Below, in pieces: positions 19,520 through 26,613 of a stretch of DNA of 26,613 nt. Below the pieces are notes generated by a model, which saw nothing but the letters and a program-made list of their open reading frames with translations, did not search any database and had not been told where the DNA came from. The position numbers were made by a program, and so were the translations under genes. Every line of letters begins with the position of its first letter. Position 1 is the first letter of the stretch. This DNA comes from Octopus sinensis (Eukaryota). The stretch lies in NCBI RefSeq assembly GCF_006345805.1, contig NW_021834135.1, positions 1-26,613 on the forward strand, read 5' to 3'.

Positions 19520-20009
19520 ACATACATACATACATATATCGTGTGTGGTAGGGCAACTTAAAAAGCACGGTCTCATGGCAAGCATATATTGGTTTTAGAA
19601 CAAAATGCCACAGTTGTTTACGAAAATATACATACACGTGCTCTTACGTACACACAAATGCGAGTTGTTATTTACATGAACACGCGTGCACTAATAAACA
19701 CAATTATGGCAATTCGTGCAGAATGGACACAGAACGTCTGTAGCATTCTTGCATAAATGAATTGATACAGGGCATCATTTCAACGAAAATTACTACATTG
19801 ATTCATTTTCGTCTGAGATTTTAGTAATAATCTTATCGATGTTAATGTACTTTACAAAACGGCAGACTTTAATAGTCCACACAACCGGCTTACTGTCCAC
19901 ATTCTCACCATCGCACGATGACAGTCGAGGCAAAACAACCGGACATGATTTTGACGTGAACTGACGAACCATTAAATCCCATTAGTACGTTATTATTATT
20001 CTTTCAGCT

Positions 20010-20174
20010 TGGCACACCTACCAACCTACCTACCTACCTACCTACCTACCTACCTAACTACATACATACATACACACATACATACATACATACATACCTG
20101 CATACATACATACATACCAACAAACATACATATATACATACATACACACATACACACATACATACATACATACA

Positions 20175-20208
<34 letters not shown>

Positions 20209-20740
20209 CATACACACATACATACATATATACATACATACATACACACATACATACGTACATACATACCTGCATACATACATACACACCAACAAACATA
20301 CACAGACATATACAAGCGTATATATTTTCATGCATACATACATTTATTACCTGCATACATACATACCAACAAACATACATATATGCATGCACACATACAT
20401 ACATACATACATACATACATACATACATACATACATACATACATACATACATACATGCATATATACATACCTGCATACATACATACCAACAAACATACAC
20501 AGACATATACAAGCGTATATATTTTCATGCATACATACATTTATTACCTGCATACATACATACATACATACATACATACATACATAATACATACATACAT
20601 ACCAACAAACATACATATATACATACACACATACATACATACATACATACATACATACATACATACATACATACATACATACCTGCATACATACATACCA
20701 ACAAACATACATAGACATATACAAGCGTATATATTTTCAT
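20010..20740. repeat. (CTAC)n/(TACA)n array with ~200-bp higher-order repeat
   Basis: Unique cassette CCAACAAACATACACAGACATATACAAGCGTATATATTTTCATG recurs with TACAAGCG at 20311, 20508 and 20720. Confidence 0.93.
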
Positions 20741-20980
20741 GTGTGTGTCTGGTGTGGTGTAGAGCAGTGTGATGTGTGTGTGTGTATGTGTGCGTTTTAT
20801 AACATAGTATATGGTATAGTAGTCGTGTATGTTGTAGTATATGACATGAAGTGACTAGAGGTTACTGATTTACATGGGATTATAGTTTAATTAAAGAATT
20901 ATTTCATTTGTCTATGCACATATGAATCTTGATTATGTGTCCGTGCGTGTATATGAGCATGTGGTTATGTATGCATATGA

Positions 20981-21137
<157 letters not shown>

Positions 21138-21412
21138 CCACTTACAGTTCTAGAAATTTTGACGTGCCATCTCTTCGATAGAAGGGTTATGAATAGAGGT
21201 GGAGGATATTAGAAACCATTCTTTTAAATTTTAAGAAAGCATTGCAGGATTTTATTGATCCACATACTGAGATGATTAATAACTCGTGAATTATAAAGCT
21301 ATATTCTGTTTCCATGAACCTACGAATCAAAACTGAACCATGATTTGATCTCAACGTTGAGCTCAAATCACGTAGGTTTAATGTAACAAGTACAAGCTTA
21401 CACACGTACGCA

Positions 21413-21445
<33 letters not shown>

Positions 21446-21519
21446 CACACACACACCACACACACACACATATATGGTTTGGGGTGTATGTATGTATACA
21501 CCACCTATTCTCATTCATT

Positions 21520-21559
21520 TATTTTCTGATGAAGGACCAGCGTCCGAAAAATCAAAATA
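21520..21559 (+). ncRNA. Candidate minimal hammerhead motif (stem III vestigial)
   Basis: TATTTT-CTGATGA-A-GGA-CCAGCG-TCC-GAAA-AA-TC-AAAATA: stem I 6 bp (all A-U), stem II 3 bp, intact core; stem III is a single A-U pair and not palindromic. Confidence 0.4.
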
Positions 21560-21644
21560 TTTTCCCTGAATTATTTTTATGTTAAGATATATACAATAAT
21601 TTAACATTAAACTACTGGATTAATAACGACTTATTTATAGACTA

Positions 21645-22040
21645 CTAGCAGTATCGCCCGGCGTTGCTCGGGTTTGTAAGAGAATAACTATATAAGCACT
21701 TTTAGAGAGTTATAGCCAAAAAATAGCAAAAAAATGCATTAAAAATGGAAAAAAAATTATGGTAAATTTTTTTTTAAATCGTTGACTCATCGTAGACATT
21801 TTTAGAGAGTTACTTCTCTTATATAATAGCGAAAAAATGCATTAAAATGGAAAAAATTGATGGTAATTTTTTTTTAAATCGTAGACTCATCGTAGACGCG
21901 CGCTAATACCCAGAAGGGCTCGATATGAATCACGACTATAAGATACCCGGTTTTGGTTAAACTGCACCGCAAAATGTGAGAGTAGTTAGGAATCTAAATC
22001 GTAGGAGACAGACACACAACTTGACTTTTATATATAAAGA
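21645..22040 (-). mobile_element. Non-autonomous Helitron, copy 2 (396 bp)
   Basis: Reverse complement of 4943-5336 with few differences; A|TC...CTAG|T junctions on the minus strand. Confidence 0.88.
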
Positions 22041-22199
22041 TATCTTTTATTAATTTTTACATAAAGTTGATAAGCGATATCGAAATTTCGGCTTACCAAC
22101 CAATAAACACACAATATAGCTGAGCGAGCGCGCACGGAAAGATACACGCTCACACACACACTCATCACATGCGTACACACACACGCGTGCGCGCGCTCA

Positions 22200-22613
22200 C
22201 ATACATACATACATTTAAATATATATGAGCATGTCTAGATATGCAACTATATGCATGAGAATACATACATAAAGCAAATATACAAATCTGCACATATACA
22301 TACATACATACATACATACATACATGCATACATACATACATGCATGCATACATACATACATACATACATACATACATACATACATACATACATACATACA
22401 TGCATGCATACATACATACATACATACATACATACATACATACATGCATGCATGCATGCATACATACATACATACATACATACATACATACATACATACA
22501 TACATACATACCTACATACATACATACATACATGCATACATACATACATGCATGCATACATACATACATACATACATACATACATACATACATACATACA
22601 TACATGCATACAT
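22200..22613. repeat. (TACA)n with TGCA variants
   Basis: Seen directly; explains the MYVC/HTYI ORFs. Confidence 0.96.
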
Positions 22614-22723
22614 AGAAACAAAAATACCTTGTTGATGTTGAAATTCCAATGAAGGATTTTGGATCTAGGTTAGAAACCGGATCTTTCTCTATTGGCAGAA
22701 AATTTTGAAATAAAACTGAAGCA

Positions 22724-22725
<2 letters not shown>
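22614..22725. other. 110-bp unique island inside (CATA)n, probably the 3' tip of a retroelement with (CATA)n tail
   Basis: ...GGATCTAGGTTAGAAACCGGATCTTTCTCTATTGGCAG...AAACTGAAGCATTA-(CATA)n flanked on both sides by the same tetramer; identity is inference. Confidence 0.4.
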
Positions 22726-22754
<29 letters not shown>

Positions 22755-22765
22755 CATACATACAT

Positions 22766-23185
22766 AGGCGCAGGAGTGGCTGTGTGGTAAGTAGCTTGCT
22801 AACCAACGACATGGTTCCGGGTTCAGTCCCACTGCGTGGCATCTTGGGCAAGTGTCTTCTACTATAGCCCCGGGCCGACCAATGCCTTGTGAGTGGATTT
22901 GGTAGACGGAAACTGAAAGAAGCCTGTCGTATATATGTATATATATATATATATGTTTGTGTGTGTGTTTGTGTGTCTGTGTTTGCCCCCCTAGCATTGC
23001 TTGACAGCCGATGCTGGTGTGTTTACGTCCCCGTGACTTAGTGGTTCGGCAAAAGAGACCGATAGAATAAGTACTGGGCTTACAAAGAATAAGTCCCGGG
23101 GTCGATTTGCTCGACTAAAGGTGGTGCTCCAGCATGGCCGCAGTCAAATGACTGAAACAAGTAAAAGAGTATAAGAGAAAAGAGT
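22766..23185 (+). mobile_element. SINE-A, young, full length, inserted in (CATA)n
   Basis: Complete element; (CATA)n on both flanks (22725-22765, 23186-23262). Confidence 0.96.
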
Positions 23186-23796
23186 ATACATACATACATA
23201 CATACATACATACATACATACATACATACATACATACATACATACATACATACATACATACATTTGTACGTACGTACATATAACAAATACACACTTATAT
23301 AAGCACGCATGCACGGGTACACACAATGATATGTTTATTACGTCTGGTGCAGCGGCCTACACGTCTTCAACCTCTAGCTTCATTAACGAAATTCAATAAA
23401 ATTCAATATTTATTTAGGACCACTTAGGGACATTTCAATATCTTACGTTATCTGCCTTCGAAATCTAAAGTTATGTGATTGATTTCTAGCCAAAACGAAA
23501 AAAAAAAAAAGAAAAGAAAAAGAAAAGGAATCGATATCAATTCGAAGTTCTTTCAACGGTTTACAAGCCAGAGATATCAAGTAACTATTTCTACTTTGAT
23601 TAGAGATATTTACAGATGTCTGTTCTGAAAGTTATAACGACACATATGGATGCAAAATATTCTACGTATTTGTGGGCATGGTGGACAATTTTACATACCC
23701 ACGAGCCAATTAGGGAGATTCTGAATAAGTGATTCTCAATACGAGAGAACATACACGAGTATTATCAACGTAAATAGTAAGTACAAAATAGACATT

Positions 23797-23925
23797 ATAC
23801 TCATTTTACTGTTTTTACTCTTTTCTTGTTTCAGTGATTTGACTGCGGCCATGCTGGAGCACTGCCTTTAGTCGAATCAAATCGACCCTAGGACTTATTC
23901 TTTGTAAGCCTAGTACTTATTCTAT
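23797..23925 (-). mobile_element. SINE-A 3' fragment
   Basis: Tail and core (AGTCGAATCAAATCGACC...AAGCCTAGTACTTATTCTAT), 5'-truncated. Confidence 0.85.
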
Positions 23926-24170
23926 ATGGCCCCTGAAACAAAATAGTATATTGGGGATCTACAATAATATTTTAAGGGCCCCTAAGCATTTTGCTTTAGA
24001 GTTATGTATTGGTATGTATTGCAAGAAACAGTTAGGTTTCTTTCTCTAACATTTTACATAGCACAGCTTGCCCGTGTTAATGTGTGAAAAATAAAATAGG
24101 AATTTTGAAAAGAGCTTCTATAAAACATCGAATGGCTGTGGCATCACTTCTCCATAATAGTATGTGTGTA

Positions 24171-24282
<112 letters not shown>

Positions 24283-24364
24283 GAAAGGAAGATTTACATA
24301 TAGACTTAGTCACACACAGTCATACATATGCACACATGCACATGAATAACAATATATCTTTATT

Positions 24365-24423
24365 TCACAACCGTCGGAGCGCGAAACGCTCCTCACGACC
24401 GCAGGTGCGTGAGATGGTTGTGA
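24365..24423. other. Fully closed three-way-junction (Y/T-shaped) hairpin
   Basis: P1 TCACAACCGTC/GATGGTTGTGA (11 bp, one G.T); P2 GGAGCG/CGCTCC, loop CGAAA; P3 TCACG/CGTGA plus ACC/GGT, loop GCA, one bulged G; no unpaired junction nucleotides. Confidence 0.7.
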
Positions 24424-24586
24424 TCTGTAAACAGTTTTGAGTAGGAACCGAAAAGAGAAGGTTGAACATGCAATGCGCATGTGCACACTGAATTCGTAAA
24501 ACGGAAGAGAAGAATAACAACGCAATACCAAACAATGATAGTCAGCATGCCACGTCTGCACCCCTATCACGCAATTTTCTTATAAA

Positions 24587-24595
24587 GTGTGTGTG

Positions 24596-24642
<47 letters not shown>

Positions 24643-24686
24643 TGTGTGGTGTGTGTGTGTGTGTGTGTGTGGTGTGTGTGTGTGTG
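24587..24686. repeat. Interrupted (TG)n microsatellite
   Basis: Seen directly. Confidence 0.95.
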
Positions 24687-25318
24687 AAGATTAATAGAAC
24701 TTTTATAAACGACTCAAATAGTATGACTAATGATTAAATCGAAGACTCGAATCTATGTCACGCATCCGTTTAAGAGAAATCTGGCTGCTATTTCTTGCAG
24801 GTTTAGCAGCCAGAAAGAGGTTCGTTTGCTAACTCGTTCCAAATAAATTCAGATTGGTTGTGTGTAATTTATCATACAAGACTTCCTTGAACAAATATAT
24901 ATAAAATGGTTTGTGTACATTATTTTACAAGAGATTTCCTTTATCAAAAAAACTAAAATGGATTTGTGAGTTTATCACATAGGAATTCTTTTATCAAATA
25001 AATTTGCAGGATTTCTGCGTACATAAACATACTTATATGGGTGCTGAGGATTTCTAGCAACGATTATATATAAGAAGAATAGCTAATTGTGTTTAAAGTT
25101 TGCATGTTGCAAATGTGTGATACGGTTTCGATTCTTCATTCTTTGCTTGTAATAGATGTGCATACTATAAAATATTTGTGCTAACACAAAAAATCTCCGC
25201 CCCGCCCTGCATACGCACACACACACACACACACATAAATACATACATACGCACAATACTTGTGCGTGTGCACGTGTGTATGTATGTGTGTGCGTATTTA
25301 TCTGTCTCTTTATCTTTG

Positions 25319-25406
25319 TATGTATGTATGTATGTATGTATGTATGTATATATGTATGTATGTATGTATGTATCTATCTATCTATCTATCAGTCTATCTA
25401 TCTATT

Positions 25407-25460
<54 letters not shown>

Positions 25461-25505
25461 CAGACAGACAGACAGACAGACGGACGGACGGACAGATAGA
25501 TAGAT
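25319..25505. repeat. Compound (TATG)(TATC)(GATA)(GA)(GACA)(GACG) microsatellite
   Basis: Seen directly. Confidence 0.93.
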
Positions 25506-25646
25506 ACGTTATTGATTTTTCTTAAACAGATATATAATATATAATAACAGATTAAAACTTTATTTATCAGAAAGTGCTATGAGGATAAAAATAAACCTTC
25601 TTTTCTATAATGTTATATAGATATTAACATTATATATTTCTAGATG

Positions 25647-26421
25647 TTATTCAATAAAACTATCTTCAGCTTCAACAACTGCTTCTATATGAGAATCAAG
25701 TGGTCCTGGTTCATTTTGGACATTACTCTGACTATGGCAGCTTTCAAAGAAACTTTGGTGTTATGGGCGTGTTCATTGACCTCTCTCTCAACAACGCTCC
25801 ACATGTAATAGTCCAATGGACTGAGATGTGGGAATTAGAAGGCCAAACGTTAGGGGTTATGTGATCATAAAAACTTTCAGCCATCCAATCCTGTGTTATT
25901 AGAGCCATGAGTGATAGTGCAGAGTCTTACTGTAATACATATGGCCTTCCATTGCATACATTGTCTATCCAAGGCTTAACAAATATTTCCAGGATCTCAA
26001 TGTAGAGTAAAAGAGATCTGATGTAGATTTCCTTTTGCTCCTTCTGAGAAATTGGTCTTTCCTCATCATATAAGACTTAAATCTGATGTGTTCGTGGGCA
26101 ACATTTCTGACTGTTCCTTTTGACACATGGAGATCTTTGGCATTTGACCCCTTGGACTTTCTGAGACTGTAATCAATGGTCTGTTGAACTTGCTGGATGA
26201 ATTTCAGAGCGCTTAGAATGCTTTTTATGCTTTGATACTGGTGATACGTTTCCATCTTCAGTCTCTAGTTTCTTACAAATTTTGTAGACGAAAGATTTGG
26301 CAACTTTTAAAAATCGAGATATTTCTAAATCGCTACGCTCAGTCTTTATAACCTCAATAACAGCATGCTTCTTCATTTCTTGAATAAGCTGAGGGTCCGT
26401 CATTATGATTTGCTGAAACAA
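25647..26421 (-). mobile_element. Decayed Tc1/mariner-superfamily transposase, DD37D (maT-like), internally deleted
   Basis: N-terminal HTH-like MKKHAVIEVIK...EISRFLKVAKSFVYKICKKL; C-terminal YIEILEIFVKPWIDNVCNGRPYVLQ*DSALS...ITPNVWPSNS/(P)HLSPLDYYMW with 37 residues between the second and third D after correcting one frameshift. The region carrying the first catalytic D is missing (junction ~26010). TIRs not identified. Confidence 0.88.
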
Positions 26422-26613
26422 AGATTATACAGAGTTAGCAAAAAATGCAGCAATGACCCCAAAAATGTATATCCTCAAAGACCTAACGCACATTGTATAT
26501 ATATTTTTATGAAGCATAGACTCCACTAAAGTGACTAAAGGTACTAGTCAGCACCGGTATTGCTTGAAATGAGAGTCAGAACAACTCTTAGCCTCGGGGA
26601 TGCACTTATCTAA

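Noticed and set aside
22766-22845. tRNA gene in SINE heads (also 8282 and 19450-19519)
   Set aside because: A and B boxes are present but there is no complete cloverleaf, and they are fused to SINE bodies; tRNA-derived, not tRNA genes.
25540-26613. Terminal inverted repeats for the DD37D element
   Set aside because: No convincing inverted match or TA duplication found on both sides; ends left undefined.

Overview
Repeat-saturated, AT-rich eukaryotic (metazoan) intergenic or intronic DNA. I recognise no intact host gene, rRNA, true tRNA or CRISPR array. The SINE families, R4/Dong-type LINE remnants and extreme microsatellite load look like octopus (cephalopod) genomic DNA; this is inference from recalled repeat sequences, not a database match. 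Contents: (1) about 13 full or partial copies of a tRNA-headed SINE (here SINE-A), about 4 copies of a second family (SINE-B) sharing a central core with it, and one copy of a third (SINE-C); (2) a 5'-truncated R4/Dong-clade non-LTR retrotransposon (RT C-terminus, CCHC knuckle, restriction-like endonuclease) plus several other LINE-like 3' ends stacked in (AAT)n tracts; (3) two inverted copies of a ~395-bp non-autonomous Helitron (5'-TC...CTAG-3') and a HINE/Helentron-like fragment; (4) a decayed, internally deleted DD37D (maT-like) Tc1/mariner transposase and an old hAT-like MITE; (5) many micro- and minisatellites, which explain most ORFs in the track. Least explained and most interesting: two well-formed type I hammerhead ribozyme motifs with a self-complementary ATGCAT-centred stem III (6541-6586, on top of a ~50-bp rod, and 18995-19083, with a long stem II), weaker hammerhead relics, a fully closed GC-rich three-way-junction hairpin at 24365-24423, and an unidentified ~195-codon decayed frame with a C4 zinc-finger motif at 11709-12296.
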